From NCBI GenBank assembly GCA_965209035.1, contig OZ242372.1:384001-448000 (forward strand): a stretch of 64,000 bases of DNA, given 5' to 3'. A program made the translations under genes and the position numbers. Source of the DNA: Gammaproteobacteria bacterium. Its GTDB lineage: Bacteria > Pseudomonadota > Gammaproteobacteria > CBDBNL01 > JAAOII01. Below, piece after piece: positions 1 through 14,370 of this stretch. Below the pieces are notes generated by a model, which saw only the letters and a list, made by a program, of their open reading frames with translations, did no database searches and was not told where the DNA came from. Every line of letters begins with the position of its first letter. The first letter of the stretch is position 1.

Positions 1-3000
1 GTTTTGCACTTACTAATAAGAACGGACAATTCCGGGCGTGTGAGGGCATCTCGCTCCGGCAATAGGCTCTCACCGAGACGCCGCATCAGCGCTTGGTGCA
101 CTCGGAAAAATTCCTTGGCGCGGTAGTTTTCCAAACTGAGGCACAGACTCTGGGCGTAGTTTTCCGCAAGCACAGACTGAGATACATCCTCGGTCATAGA
201 TTGAAGAAGTTTAATGCGCGCGGACGCACCCATTTTTTTCAACTGCGATATGAGAATCTTAATATTCACTTCTTTGTCGGAGCAATGCACTCCCCCGCTG
301 TTGTCATGGGCGTCGGTTGCAATTCTGCCACCGCAGGCCGCAAACTCTATGCGTCCGGCCTGGGTGACGCCCAGGTTTGCCCCTTCGCCGATGACACGCA
401 CCCGCAAATCTTTTCCGTCCACGCGCATCGGGGCATTCGCCTTGTCACCCAGATCGCGATTAGACTCCGACGCTGCCTTAACATAGGTGCCGATACCGCC
501 AAACCACAGCAAATCCGCCCGCGCCAACAGTATGTGGCGAATCAACATATCCGGTCTGATTTTCTTGTCTCGGATATTCAATCGCTTGGCAATCTCCTTG
601 CTGACCCGAATGGACTTGGCACTTCTGGCAAAGACCCCGCCGCCCGCGGACATCAGTTTCGGATTGTAATCACTCCAAGACGAGGCGGTCAGCCCAAACA
701 GCCGTTTGCGTTCTCTGTAAGAAACGGCCGGATCCGGATTGGGGTCTATGAAAATATCCCGATGATTAAAAGCGGCTATTAAGCAAATCGCCTTTGAAAG
801 CAGCATCCCGTTGCCAAACACATCGCCGGACATATCGCCTATGCCGACGACATCCGTCCGATCCTTGTCAAGATCCCGACCGAGTTCGGCAAAATGCCGC
901 CGCACCGAAACCCAAGCACCCTCGGCGGTGATGCCCATGGTCTTGTGGTTGTAACCGGAAGAACCGCCGGAAGCAAAAGCATCGCCCAGCCAGTATTGAT
1001 GCCCGACTGCCACTTCGTTGGCAAGATCCGAGAAGGTGGCGGTTCCCTTGTCCGGGGCGACCACAAGGTAAGTATCCTCACTGTCATAAATGCGCATTCC
1101 CGCCGGTCTTTTCACCTTGCCACCCGCATAGTTATCCGTCAACTGCAACAGGGCATCAATGAACTTGCGATAGGCATCTTGGGGTGAGAGTTTCGGATCC
1201 TTGATGTAAAACCCGCCTTTGCCACCGGTCGGGACAATTAACGCATTTTTGAGAACCTGAGCGGCGACCAGATTTAGAACTTCCTTTCGGTATCCGGCTC
1301 GGCGATCCGACCAGCGAATGCCGCCGCGCGCCAGAGGACCGTCACGCATGTGAACTCCTTCAAAACCGATATCATACACAAATATCTCGCGTTCCGGGTT
1401 CCAACCCTCGGCATAAAAAAGACGCCGCGGAGAAAGTTTGAACGACAACACGGAATTGGCGGCCGGGGGGCGCGTATAAAAATTCGTGCGTTGAATGGCG
1501 CCGATGAGTTCGCGCAGATAACGAAAAATTTGATCTTCCTCGGCGGAAGGGATTGCGTCCGCATAATCGGAAAACTTACCTGCCAGGGCGCGATAAACCT
1601 TTTGCTTGGGTTTTTGACGGGGATCAAACTTTTGAACAAACATTTCTTTAATAAGAAACAACCCTTCGGGATGCGCACAGAAGGCGTTTTCCACATGAGC
1701 CAGATCATAATGGTTCTGCACCTGCCCCAGATAGGCACTCAAACCGCGCAGCAAGCGAACATAATCACCGGACAGACCGGATTTAAGCGTCAGGCGATTA
1801 AAACTGTCGTTCTCGGCTTCCCGCTTATATATGCGGGTAAAATGCTCGGCGAACAGATTCTCCAGTTCGTCCGCAGGCGGCAGAAAATCACCTTTAGGCG
1901 GCGGATATTGCAACTGAAATTCTGTCAGGCGCACCGAATATTTCAGCGAATTCTTTCCCGCCCCTTCAAACAAATAAGGACGAGATGCTGTCGGCTCGGT
2001 TCCCAGGTTTTCCAAAATATGCACAAGTTGGGACAGAGAAGGTCCGTCACTTCTGTCAAACAAACGCAACTTCCGACCGGAGATATCGAACTCCGCCTCC
2101 AATAATTCCTTGCCTTCGCCGACACTTAGAACCTTGAGAATATCGGAAGTCGCCCCGACAACAGACTGCCGACTGACATAGCCTTCCGGAAAGATCCCCG
2201 CATGTTCGCGAAACATTTTAATGCCCGTATGCTTGCCAAACTTTTCAATAAATGCGGTGCGCAGTTTGCGATTCCAACCTGTCCCGATGGCTTCCAATTC
2301 GGTTTGCAGATTCTTAAGACGCTCTGCGTCAATGTTGGGATTGACTTTGAGCGGGAGTGTGAAAAAAATACGAACCAGTTGCGTTTCGGAGAACAAGATA
2401 TCAAAATCACAGTCGTCACTGTCAAAAATTTCTTGCACAAGTTCCGCAAATCTTTCGCGCAGGCCGGAATCATAATCGTCGCGCGGCATCAGGATCAGGA
2501 CCTGCGCGAACAACTTGTCGTTGTCATAATAGTGGGCACAACGCAGCGTGCTGTAAGAAAATGCTTCCATAACAGGTTCCACCAAATTCGGCAGCTTGTC
2601 ATCCCCGGCTATTTTGAGCAGCTCGTTGCGCGGGTAAGAGGCAACCGAGTAACGCAAAATGCGCCCCCGGTACGAATTGCGAATTAAATGAAAGTGTTTC
2701 AGAAGTCCGTTGAATGTTTCTCTGAGGTGCGGAATGTTTTCAAGGGCGTAGTTATAAAGGTCATAGGCATAAAGAAGAATAAAACGATGCTCTGTGATGC
2801 GGTCTTTCTCTTGTCGTATGCCCAGAGTGATTGCTTCAATATAAACAGGGCGATGAATGAGAGAGCGAACGGGTAACTTGACAAAACGAATCCCTTCACG
2901 CACAGGCAAGCGGGCGTAGGCTTCCAACAACTCCGGCGTCCGTATCTGCGGCCGCAATAACCCCAGAGATGCGGGCCCCGGAGATATGCCCCCCGAAGAT

Positions 3001-3701
3001 GCGGGCCCCAAAGACGCGGTTAAGGATGCTTTCTCTGTGTCCGCCCGTCCGTAACCCAAAAACAGACACTTGTCCTCCGCCAGCCAACTGAGAAAATCCA
3101 ACCTGCGTTTTTCCTGTTCGGAATCCGGCCGCACTATTGCGTTATATTCGGCAATGGCCGCGGATAACTTTTGCTTAATCGGCTGCCAATCCCGATTGGA
3201 GATTCGGATTCCCGTAAGAATGTTTTTAATGCCCTCCTTACAAACAGCCGCTTCTTCGGCGGAGAGGGCTTGCAGTTCAAAACGCATCACCACAAATGCC
3301 AGTCCGTTATGTTGCCGGTGTACCTTGTCCTCCGGGAAAAGAATGAAATTGTATTGTGTGTGAATAAAAAAGTTCTGTGTGGCAAAAAAATTGAGAATGG
3401 AGGCAACCGCAAACGGGACATTTTGTATGACGATATCCACATAGGTCGTTTCTTCTTTCGGCGGCGAACGCACCTCCGTATTAATTTTTCCCGTTGTTGT
3501 CTTATCAAAATAACGAAACATAGAAAGCGAATCGGCGAGTGCCTTGCCAGTGCCGATGTGACGCAATTGATGCCCGCCCAGGGCCGCGACCCAACGCCAC
3601 AGAAAGCCCGTGTAGCGTTTATGCTGCTCCGCGGTGAGTTTGGAATGGGATGCCGTGCGGACAGATCGGTTAAGATCCCCCCTGAGTTTTTGTATATCCA
3701 T
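1..3701 (-). CDS. gdhB: Large NAD-specific glutamate dehydrogenase (3' end runs off the window)
   Basis: Missing from the ORF track. Manual minus-strand translation from ATG 3701 (MDIQKLRG...YVDIVIQNVPFAVAS) is in the same frame as VGIGDMSGDVFGNGMLLS...AAFNHRDIFIDPNPD (~730-850). Confidence 0.93.
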   Translation of the reverse strand, partial: MDIQKLRGDLNRSVRTASHSKLTAEQHKRYTGFLWRWVAALGGHQLRHIGTGKALADSLSMFRYFDKTTTGKINTEVRSPPKEETTYVDIVIQNVPFAVASILNFFATQNFFIHTQYNFILFPEDKVHRQHNGLAFVVMRFELQALSAEEAAVCKEGIKNILTGIRISNRDWQPIKQKLSAAIAEYNAIVRPDSEQEKRRLDFLSWLAEDKCLFLGYGRADTEKASLTASLGPASSGGISPGPASLGLLRPQIRTPELLEAYARLPVREGIRFVKLPVRSLIHRPVYIEAITLGIRQEKDRITEHRFILLYAYDLYNYALENIPHLRETFNGLLKHFHLIRNSYRGRILRYSVASYPRNELLKIAGDDKLPNLVEPVMEAFSYSTLRCAHYYDNDKLFAQVLILMPRDDYDSGLRERFAELVQEIFDSDDCDFDILFSETQLVRIFFTLPLKVNPNIDAERLKNLQTELEAIGTGWNRKLRTAFIEKFGKHTGIKMFREHAGIFPEGYVSRQSVVGATSDILKVLSVGEGKELLEAEFDISGRKLRLFDRSDGPSLSQLVHILENLGTEPTASRPYLFEGAGKNSLKYSVRLTEFQLQYPPPKGDFLPPADELENLFAEHFTRIYKREAENDSFNRLTLKSGLSGDYVRLLRGLSAYLGQVQNHYDLAHVENAFCAHPEGLFLIKEMFVQKFDPRQKPKQKVYRALAGKFSDYADAIPSAEEDQIFRYLRELIGAIQRTNFYTRPPAANSVLSFKLSPRRLFYAEGWNPEREIFVYDIGFEGVHMRDGPLARGGIRWSDRRAGYRKEVLNLVAAQVLKNALIVPTGGKGGFYIKDPKLSPQDAYRKFIDALLQLTDNYAGGKVKRPAGMRIYDSEDTYLVVAPDKGTATFSDLANEVAVGHQYWLGDAFASGGSSGYNHKTMGITAEGAWVSVRRHFAELGRDLDKDRTDVVGIGDMSGDVFGNGMLLSKAICLIAAFNHRDIFIDPNPDPAVSYRERKRLFGLTASSWSDYNPKLMSAGGGVFARSAKSIRVSKEIAKRLNIRDKKIRPDMLIRHILLARADLLWFGGIGTYVKAASESNRDLGDKANAPMRVDGKDLRVRVIGEGANLGVTQAGRIEFAACGGRIATDAHDNSGGVHCSDKEVNIKILISQLKKMGASARIKLLQSMTEDVSQSVLAENYAQSLCLSLENYRAKEFFRVHQALMRRLGESLLPERDALTRPELSVLISKCK

Positions 3702-3760
3702 TCTTAATAATATAACGATAGGCTTCTATAATCCCGGACTCTTATTGCCGGAAAAGCAAT

Positions 3761-4456
3761 TTAGAACCAACGGTCATTTCCGTTTCGGCGGCGGTTTTTC
3801 TCTTCCTTTAAGGACCGAAGGCCGCCGCCGTTGCGATCTTTCGTGTAAAGTCTTTCCGTAGTGATACCGCAGCCTTTGAGTTGCCGGTGATAAATCAAAG
3901 TGCGTTTGTAAACCTTGGATGCAACCTCAAGGACTTTGCTGTGAATATCCCGACTGCCATCTTCCGGCAAGGCACTCCAGCCGTCATGATAAAAAACATA
4001 CAAACTTGCGATATCATACGGGGACAGTTCTTCGTTCGCCGCGACCGATTTTGCCGAATACCAGCCGATAAAGTATATGGCATCGCCAAACTTGTCTCGG
4101 CGCGCCCTTTGCATATTAGTTTCACTTTGAAACTGACGCCAGGTGGCATCTATGGCCTGCGCGTAGCCGTAAGCCGAACTTAAGAGTTTGCCGTTCTTAT
4201 CGCGGGGGCGGGCATTGGCTCGGAAAGAACTTTCGTGATAAATGATCGCCATCATCAATTCCACGGGAATTCCCCATTTTTGATAACTTGCCTGAGCGGG
4301 TGCCACCCAATGGGGTTTTTCGCGAAAAATCTTGCAGACATTATTCCGTTCTGTGGGTGGCTTTTCGTAAGAAGCATTTTGCGCCGATTGTTGCGGGATT
4401 GTGCTGCAAGAAAATACAGCCAGACAGACAAGTAATACAAGCAATCGCCACATCAT
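3761..4456 (-). CDS. Lytic transglycosylase (SLT-like) lipoprotein
   Basis: Lipobox VFSC; MMAIIYHESSF catalytic Glu motif; SSAYGYAQA motif. Confidence 0.8.
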   Translation of the reverse strand: MMWRLLVLLVCLAVFSCSTIPQQSAQNASYEKPPTERNNVCKIFREKPHWVAPAQASYQKWGIPVELMMAIIYHESSFRANARPRDKNGKLLSSAYGYAQAIDATWRQFQSETNMQRARRDKFGDAIYFIGWYSAKSVAANEELSPYDIASLYVFYHDGWSALPEDGSRDIHSKVLEVASKVYKRTLIYHRQLKGCGITTERLYTKDRNGGGLRSLKEEKNRRRNGNDRWF

Positions 4457-4530
4457 TTGTTAAATATTTGTTAGATGAGTTTGGGGGCGGGGTAGCGAGT
4501 GGCGGGTGGCGGAGGACACTTAAAGTAAAG

Positions 4531-7495
<2,965 letters not shown>

Positions 7496-7497
7496 CT

Positions 7498-7557
7498 TGC
7501 TATGCCCCCCGTTCTGCTCCCCGTTATGTTCCCCGTCATGTTCCCCGTCGTGTTCAT
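7498..7557. repeat. Degenerate 12-nt tandem repeat x5 filling the pth-zipA gap
   Basis: tgctatgccccc cgttctgctccc cgttatgttccc cgtcatgttccc cgtcgtgttcat. Confidence 0.85.
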
Positions 7558-8123
7558 AGACCGGAAAGTTTTCTTATGGAATGCTCCCTGTTTCCGAACA
7601 CAAATTCTTCCAAGATACTTAAAATTTCGTCCGCAAGATCGACATAAACGCTTCTTTCCTCGGGTGGCGGTGCCGCGAGAACATATTTTGTGACATCCGC
7701 CTTGCTTGCCGGACGGCCTATGCCGATGCGCAGCCGCCAGTAATCCCGTGTTTGCAAATGGTTACTCATACTGACCAGCCCGTTATGTCCGCCCTCGCTA
7801 CCGCCGAACTTAAATCGCAGTTTCCCGAGCGGAAAGTCCAACTCATCGTGCATCACCAGAATATTTTCCGGCGACACCGATTTTTTTTTTGCATAGGGTC
7901 CGATCGCTTTTCCGCTATCGTTCATATATGTGAGCGGTCGGATTAGAAATACCGCCTCTTTCCACATGCCCCCCAGAATGTTTTTATGCTTAATAGTCGG
8001 TTTGACTCCCTCTCGCCGAGCGAGTTCTGCTTCAAAAAAAAGTCCCAAATTGTGCCGATGATTTTTATAAGCGGGGCCCGGATTACCCAAACCAACAATC
8101 ATCTTTATCTCTTCATCCGACAC
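7554..8123 (-). CDS. pth: Peptidyl-tRNA hydrolase
   Basis: IVGLGNPG, RHNLG, PLTYMN.SG, HDELD, GGHNG and RLRIGIGRP motifs. Confidence 0.97.
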   Translation of the reverse strand: MSDEEIKMIVGLGNPGPAYKNHRHNLGLFFEAELARREGVKPTIKHKNILGGMWKEAVFLIRPLTYMNDSGKAIGPYAKKKSVSPENILVMHDELDFPLGKLRFKFGGSEGGHNGLVSMSNHLQTRDYWRLRIGIGRPASKADVTKYVLAAPPPEERSVYVDLADEILSILEEFVFGNREHSIRKLSGL

Positions 8124-8192
8124 AGTACAAAAATTGCAAAGAATGCAAAGAAGTTTTTATTCGCCGGCCGCCGATGCTTATTCCGACTCCTC

Positions 8193-8885
8193 TTATTTGT
8201 TTTCTTCTTCCTTGGTTTCCGCGGCCGCCTCGCCCTCTTCGGCCGGCTCTTCGGCTGCTCCCACTACTTCCGCTTCGTCGGCGGTGACCCGTTGTTCTGT
8301 GACGCGCACCACAGGCAAATCATGGCTATGTTCACCTTCCTTATCCTGCATCAAAGCCGTCGCTTCCACACCGGCCGGCAATTTAAGATCCCTGATGTGA
8401 AGAATATCATGGAGTTCAACTTCCTCGAGGTCCACTTCCACAAAAGGAGGCAGATCCCCGGGCAAACAACTCACTTCCAATTCGGTCATCTCATGTGAGA
8501 CAGCACCGCCTTGCTGCTTAACACCGACACAAGTATCCTCATTAAGAAAATGGATCGGCACACGCATAGTAATCTTGACATCTTCTTTGACACGCATAAA
8601 ATCCGCATGCACAAAGCGGCGTTTATATGCGTGCCGCTGCAAGGACTTAAGCACAGTCTTTTCATTTTTACTTTTATCTTTCTCGGGTGTCAGTTGAACG
8701 ACCTGTGAGAAAAAACTTTCGTTCTCGCTGATCTTTGCAAGATGCTTCTGTCTTATTTTGATCAATTGCGGTTTCTTGTCACCGCCATAAATGACCGCGG
8801 GAACCATATCCTCCGCCCGTCTGAGTTTACGAACAGCAACGGTTCCGGTAACCTCCCGCGGCTGATATTCAAGATTTAATTCCAT
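8193..8885 (-). CDS. rplY: 50S ribosomal protein L25/Ctc
   Basis: VPAVIYGG and HADF motifs, Ctc C-terminal domain, acidic tail; prs-rplY-pth synteny. Confidence 0.96.
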   Translation of the reverse strand: MELNLEYQPREVTGTVAVRKLRRAEDMVPAVIYGGDKKPQLIKIRQKHLAKISENESFFSQVVQLTPEKDKSKNEKTVLKSLQRHAYKRRFVHADFMRVKEDVKITMRVPIHFLNEDTCVGVKQQGGAVSHEMTELEVSCLPGDLPPFVEVDLEEVELHDILHIRDLKLPAGVEATALMQDKEGEHSHDLPVVRVTEQRVTADEAEVVGAAEEPAEEGEAAAETKEEENK

Positions 8886-9059
8886 AATTTTATTAAGTTG
8901 TGCTCAAATTTTTAGAGTTTAATTAAAGTTCTATTGAATCTATTTTACTACAAAACAACTTTCAAATTGACCGCTGACAGACATAATCCGTAAATTTTCC
9001 AGTCCCGCTGCCCCGCCTCCGGCAAACGGCAAAATTTCCGTCGCATCCGTTTGAAACCG

Positions 9060-10028
9060 TTAAAAAAGCGCAATGATGGACTCTTCATGGGCAACGCGCC
9101 GAATGGCTTCCGCCAACAGGGGGGCAAGAGTAATCTGTTCTATCTTCGGGCAGTTCCGGACCTTCTCGTCCAACGCAATCGTATCGGAAACGACCAGGTG
9201 GTCCAACTCCGATGCGATGATGTTATCCAACGCCCGACCGGACAACACGGGATGCACCACATAAGCAAAAACGCGCAAGGCGCCGCCCTTCTTCAAGGCG
9301 TTGGCCGCACCGCACAGGGTGCCTGCGGTATCCACCATATCATCCACCAGAATACAAACCTTGTCTTTGATATCGCCGATGATGTTCATCACTTCCGAAT
9401 GATTGGGGCTTGGGCGACGCTTGTCAACAATAGCCAAAGCACTCTGATCCAGAGATTTGGCAAAAGCGCGGGCTCGCAAGACCCCGCCGATATCCGGTGA
9501 AACAACAACCGGTCCGCCGATGTTGGTATTCTTTTTTTTCAGATGCTCTACAAGAATGCGCGTGCTGTAAACATTGTCCACAGGGATGCTAAAAAATCCT
9601 TGAATTTGGTCGGCATGCAGATCCACGGTCAGCATCCGATCCACACCGGCATGCACCATAGCATCCGCCACCACTCTGGCACTAATTGGCACCCGCTGCG
9701 AACGCGGTCGGCGATCCTGACGGGCATAACCGAAATACGGCATAACCGCTGTCACACGGGCCGCCGACGCACGGCGGGCGGCATCCGCCAGTAATAACAA
9801 CTCCATCAGATAATAATTGGGATGCTTGCAATTGGACTGCAATAAAAACACATCCTTGCCGCGAATATTTTCATTAATTTCCACCGAAACCTCGCCGTCG
9901 CTGAAACGACCGACCGCGGCGTCACCCAAAGACATTCCAAGGCACTTGGCAATGCTCTGCGCCAATTCCGGATTGGAATTGCCGGTTAATAAACAGAGTT
10001 TTGGAGCGTTGTTCGGAGTGTTATTCAT
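9060..10028 (-). CDS. prs: Ribose-phosphate pyrophosphokinase
   Basis: [19 protein letters not shown] and [10 protein letters not shown] motifs. Confidence 0.98.
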   Translation of the reverse strand: MNNTPNNAPKLCLLTGNSNPELAQSIAKCLGMSLGDAAVGRFSDGEVSVEINENIRGKDVFLLQSNCKHPNYYLMELLLLADAARRASAARVTAVMPYFGYARQDRRPRSQRVPISARVVADAMVHAGVDRMLTVDLHADQIQGFFSIPVDNVYSTRILVEHLKKKNTNIGGPVVVSPDIGGVLRARAFAKSLDQSALAIVDKRRPSPNHSEVMNIIGDIKDKVCILVDDMVDTAGTLCGAANALKKGGALRVFAYVVHPVLSGRALDNIIASELDHLVVSDTIALDEKVRNCPKIEQITLAPLLAEAIRRVAHEESIIALF

Positions 10029-10376
10029 CGCGTGTTTCCCTTATTTTAGCACCGGAGCCCGTCTGTTTATAAGTAAAATCCGCTATCCGCCCAAGAATTG
10101 ATTTTTTATGCATCATTTCACCGTCCAATTCCGCCCGGTTTTGGATGTTTATATTGTTGTGGGTTTTTATAGGTTCTTGCGGTTTTTTGTGTGTTGCTAT
10201 CCGAAGCGAACCGGTGACCTTGCCCGGGCAAGCGGAGGGACAGACAAACGGGCGGGCTGGTTAGTTAGGCAGATTAGTTTGTTAGATTGCACCGAAATGC
10301 CGGGGCGACGAGTTTACCAACCGCCCAGGCTGCTTTGCTCTAACAAAAAGCCTGTGCTTGTTCTTCGTTAATTGCG

Positions 10377-12305
10377 TTATTGTTTGTCTCGGCCTTGTGC
10401 CGCCAGACCGCCGGGCATGCAGTTCAGAGCCGGATATTGTGTGCTGTTACCGAGATCCCAAACACGGATGAAACGATCATCCTCCGGCTTGGTCTCACTT
10501 TCCCTCTCATCGCCCGTATTCGGATCGCACCAGAAGTTGCCCCAGGCGGCATAGATCCCCGTGAAGTCGGGGTCTTCGGGGGTTTGCAAGTCAGTGGGGA
10601 GCAGCCCCATACCGAGAACATCACCGGTACTGTTGGTTGCACTGGTTGGTCGCATGGTGGTCTCATTATTCCAATAGGAATCTTCAACGATTGTGAAATC
10701 ATTAGCAGAGCCTAACAGACCGCCAACATCACTATTCCCGGAAACTCTTCCGCCGGACGCATAAGCAAAGCCAATATTAGTAGGTGACCCATTCCCGACC
10801 AGTCCGCCAACTTGCAAATTCCCGGAAACTCTTCCGCCGGACACATAAGCATGGCGAATATTGGCAGACTGCCCATGCCCGACCAGTCCGCCAACAGGTT
10901 CATTCCCGGAAATATCTACGCCGGACATATAAGCATAGCGAATATCCGCTCGCTCCCCATACCCAACCAGTCCGCCAACACTAAGTTCCCCGGAAATACT
11001 GACACCGGACACATGAACATAGCGAATATTAGCATTCAGACCTTCCCCAACCAGTGCGCCCACTCTGTTGCCGGGCGGACTCATCACACTACCGCCCGTA
11101 ATCGATACATTCCGAATGCGGTTATTCCCGTTAAAACCCACAGAGCCCACTAATATACCGATATAATGCGAGCCGCCACCGACGCGTGCATCCGAAAGAT
11201 GTAAGTTTTGGATACGGCCATTCAACGCAGCAAATAACCCCACACCAACCGAACCACCAGGCGCACTGATAAACAGATTGGCAATACTCCAACCTTGACC
11301 GTCAAGAATCGCCGCATAAGCATCTGCTGAGCAAAGAGCACTAAAAAAGTCACAGGAGCCGATCGGCTGCCAGCCGTGGCCGCTGCGATTTGTCCAGGCA
11401 GCCATCTTATCGCTGCCCTTGGCATAGGAATCCGGATCGCTGAAATTCAACGAGCGAGTCAATTCATAGCCATTACAGCCGGAACCCGGGCAACCCACAG
11501 CACCCACAGCGTCAATCGCATCAATATTGCCATCATCCGTCCCATTGCCATTTAGATCATCGCGCAGCCGCGCCAAGTCATCCAAAGTGTGGATTTCTAT
11601 GAGACCGTTATTATTGTCGTCCACATCTACCGTATTCAGGTGTGTGTCATCGTCTACATCCGGATCACAGGCATCGCCTAGTGCATCGCCGCCACCCGGC
11701 AGCATCTTGTCCGTATTGGTTTGGTCCGCATTCTTTATCAGTTGGCAGTTGTCGACATCGTCATTCACACCGTCATTGTCATCGTCCGGATCCAGACTAT
11801 CCGGCAGAGTGTCACCGTCTGTGTTGTTCCCGGTTCGGCGCAGCGGGCCCGAGACCACCTTGGATACACCGCCGTCTTCATACAGGATGGACAAACTGAC
11901 TGTGTAATTGCTCTCATCTGTCAGGTCATCAAGTACATAGTCCACCATTGCCAGGGCGGCCTTATCCGCATCATCCCCGGTAAGTTCCGAGTCTAATGCG
12001 GGCGGAGTCGTACTCACCCAACTGATCCTGAAGTCGCTGATATCGGTGCGATTCGGGTTGGTCCAACTGAGTTGCAAACTGCTTTCAGCCGGAATAATTT
12101 TTAGGTCGGAAACACCGGGAGGAGGAGTGCCACCGCCACCGGAACCACCACCACCTCCTCCACCACAGGCAGCGAGTAGGGCAATGCAGACAACCGACAG
12201 GGCGATTGTCAATAATAGATTGATACCATTGCGTGCCGTTTGCCCGGTCGCGACGATGCATGCAATGCAGTTGCTACTGAGAGTTTTTATTGCAAATATT
12301 TTCAT
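10377..12305 (-). CDS. Surface lipoprotein paralog 1 (FN3-like + thrombospondin type-3 Ca-binding repeats + GLUG-type beta-helix)
   Basis: LLAAC lipobox then poly-Gly; LSW...Y.VS FN3 pattern; DxDxD..D..DNC repeats; 28-aa GGLVG repeats. Confidence 0.85.
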   Translation of the reverse strand: MKIFAIKTLSSNCIACIVATGQTARNGINLLLTIALSVVCIALLAACGGGGGGGSGGGGTPPPGVSDLKIIPAESSLQLSWTNPNRTDISDFRISWVSTTPPALDSELTGDDADKAALAMVDYVLDDLTDESNYTVSLSILYEDGGVSKVVSGPLRRTGNNTDGDTLPDSLDPDDDNDGVNDDVDNCQLIKNADQTNTDKMLPGGGDALGDACDPDVDDDTHLNTVDVDDNNNGLIEIHTLDDLARLRDDLNGNGTDDGNIDAIDAVGAVGCPGSGCNGYELTRSLNFSDPDSYAKGSDKMAAWTNRSGHGWQPIGSCDFFSALCSADAYAAILDGQGWSIANLFISAPGGSVGVGLFAALNGRIQNLHLSDARVGGGSHYIGILVGSVGFNGNNRIRNVSITGGSVMSPPGNRVGALVGEGLNANIRYVHVSGVSISGELSVGGLVGYGERADIRYAYMSGVDISGNEPVGGLVGHGQSANIRHAYVSGGRVSGNLQVGGLVGNGSPTNIGFAYASGGRVSGNSDVGGLLGSANDFTIVEDSYWNNETTMRPTSATNSTGDVLGMGLLPTDLQTPEDPDFTGIYAAWGNFWCDPNTGDERESETKPEDDRFIRVWDLGNSTQYPALNCMPGGLAAQGRDKQ

Positions 12306-12373
12306 AATTTCTTTTTGTAATAGGTTTGTAATATAGTTCTAAAATAATGAAGGGTAATCCTCGCGTTATTGTG

Positions 12374-14302
12374 TTATTGTCTCTGCCTTGCCAGGCCACC
12401 GGGAACGCATCTAAGTGCGGGGTATTGTGTGCTGTTACCGAGATCCCAAACACGGATGAAACGATCATCCTCCGGCTCGGTCTTACTTTCCAACTCATCG
12501 CCCGTATTCGGATCACACCAGAAGTTGCCCCAGAATTGATAGATCCCCGTGAAGTCGAGATCTTCAGGGTTTTGCAGTTCGGCGGTGATCTTGCCCATGC
12601 CAAGATCAGTGCCGGCACTGGTTGACTGCATGGTGGTCTCCGTATCCCAATAAGAGGCATTAACGATTGATTGACCTTCAGCTCTGCCAATCAAACCGCC
12701 AACCTCACCGGAGCCTGAAATAGGCCCACCGGCGGCATAGGAAAAATGAATTTGCGTATTCGCATTCGTCGTCGCAACCAGTCCACCAACCTGCCCATCC
12801 TCGGAGGAAACGTTTCCGCCGGACACATAAACATGACGAATATCGGCAGACTGCCCCCCCCCAAACAGTCCGCCAATACTAGCACGATTCCCGACAACAT
12901 CTACGTCGGACACATAAGCATAGCGAATAACCGCTTGCTCCCCATACCCTACCAGTCCGCCAGTTTCAATTCCTCCGGAAACACTGACACCGGATACATG
13001 AACATATCTAATGTCAGTAAAAAGTCCATCCCCAATCAGTCCGCCCATTCTGTTGCTACCCGGTCTCATCACACTACCGCCCGTAACCGATACATTCCGT
13101 ATGCGGGCATCCCTACCGTTACCCGAAGTACCCACTAGCGTACCCACATTATGTAAGCCGCCACGGATGTGCACATTCCGGAGATGCAGGTTTTGAATAC
13201 GGCCATTGAACACAGCAAACAACCCGACACCGACCTTTTTCTGACTCGCATTGATAAACAGATCGGCAATGCTGTAACCTTGACCGTCAAGCATCGCCGT
13301 ATAAAAGGAGTTACAAAAATTATTATTATTCTGAGCACAGGAACCAATCGGCTGCCAGCCGCTGCCGCTTGTCCAGGCAGCCATATTCTCGCTGTTACCG
13401 CTCTTATCGTCATAGGAATTCGGATCGCTGAAATTCAACGAGCGAGTCAATTCATAGCCATTACAGCCGGAACCCGGGCAACCCACAGCACCCACGGCAA
13501 TAATCGCGTCAATATTGTCATCATCCGTTCCATTGCCATTTAGATCATCGCGCAGCCGCGCCAAGTCATCCAAAGTGTGAATTTCTATGAGACCGTTATT
13601 ATTGTCGTCCACATCCGCCTGCATCGTCTCGTTTGCTTCGTCCGGAAAACCGTCATTGTCATCGTCCGGGTCACAGGCATCGCCTTTATCATCACCATCG
13701 CCATTCACATTGTCCGTGTTGGTTTGGTCCGCATTCTTTACCAGCCGGCAATTGTCGTCGCCATCATCCACACCGTCATTATCATCGTCCGGATCCAGGC
13801 TATCCGGCAGAGTGTCACCGTCTGTGTTGTCCCCGGTTCGGCGCAGCGGACCCGAGACCACCTTGGATACACCGCCGCCTTCATACAGGATGGACACACT
13901 GACCGTGTAATCGATGCCGTCTGCCAGACCATCAAGTACATAGCCCGTCATCGCCAGGGCGGATTGATCCGCCTCATCCCCGGTAAGTTCCGAGTCTGAT
14001 GCGGGCGGAGTCGTACTCACCCAACTGATCCTGAAATCGCTGATATCGGTGCGATTCGGGTTGGTCCAACTGAGCCGCAAACTGCTTTCGGCCGGAATAA
14101 TTTTCAGGTCGGAAATGCCGGGAAGTGGGTTACCACCGCCGCCACCGGAACCACCGCCGCCACAGGCGGCGAGTAGGGCAATGCAGACAGCCGACAGGGC
14201 GATTGTCAATAATAGATTGATACCGTTGCGTGCCCTTTGGCCGGCCGCAGCAATGCATGCAATGCAGTTGCTACTGATAGTTTTTATTGCAAATATTTTC
14301 AT
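12374..14302 (-). CDS. Surface lipoprotein paralog 2 (FN3/TSP3/GLUG)
   Basis: Same architecture as paralog 1, with long near-identical blocks. Confidence 0.85.
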   Translation of the reverse strand: MKIFAIKTISSNCIACIAAAGQRARNGINLLLTIALSAVCIALLAACGGGGSGGGGGNPLPGISDLKIIPAESSLRLSWTNPNRTDISDFRISWVSTTPPASDSELTGDEADQSALAMTGYVLDGLADGIDYTVSVSILYEGGGVSKVVSGPLRRTGDNTDGDTLPDSLDPDDDNDGVDDGDDNCRLVKNADQTNTDNVNGDGDDKGDACDPDDDNDGFPDEANETMQADVDDNNNGLIEIHTLDDLARLRDDLNGNGTDDDNIDAIIAVGAVGCPGSGCNGYELTRSLNFSDPNSYDDKSGNSENMAAWTSGSGWQPIGSCAQNNNNFCNSFYTAMLDGQGYSIADLFINASQKKVGVGLFAVFNGRIQNLHLRNVHIRGGLHNVGTLVGTSGNGRDARIRNVSVTGGSVMRPGSNRMGGLIGDGLFTDIRYVHVSGVSVSGGIETGGLVGYGEQAVIRYAYVSDVDVVGNRASIGGLFGGGQSADIRHVYVSGGNVSSEDGQVGGLVATTNANTQIHFSYAAGGPISGSGEVGGLIGRAEGQSIVNASYWDTETTMQSTSAGTDLGMGKITAELQNPEDLDFTGIYQFWGNFWCDPNTGDELESKTEPEDDRFIRVWDLGNSTQYPALRCVPGGLARQRQ

Positions 14303-14370
14303 AATTTCTTTTTGTAATAGGTTTGTAATATAGTTCCAAAGTAATGAATGGTAATCCTTGCGTTATTGCG

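Noticed and set aside
93-3707. Long plus-strand ORFs (229, 251, 161 and 178 aa)
   Set aside because: Antisense shadows of the minus-strand gdhB frame, which carries the real motifs.
8886-9059. L25 leader RNA upstream of rplY
   Set aside because: The position is plausible, but I could not match the consensus by eye.
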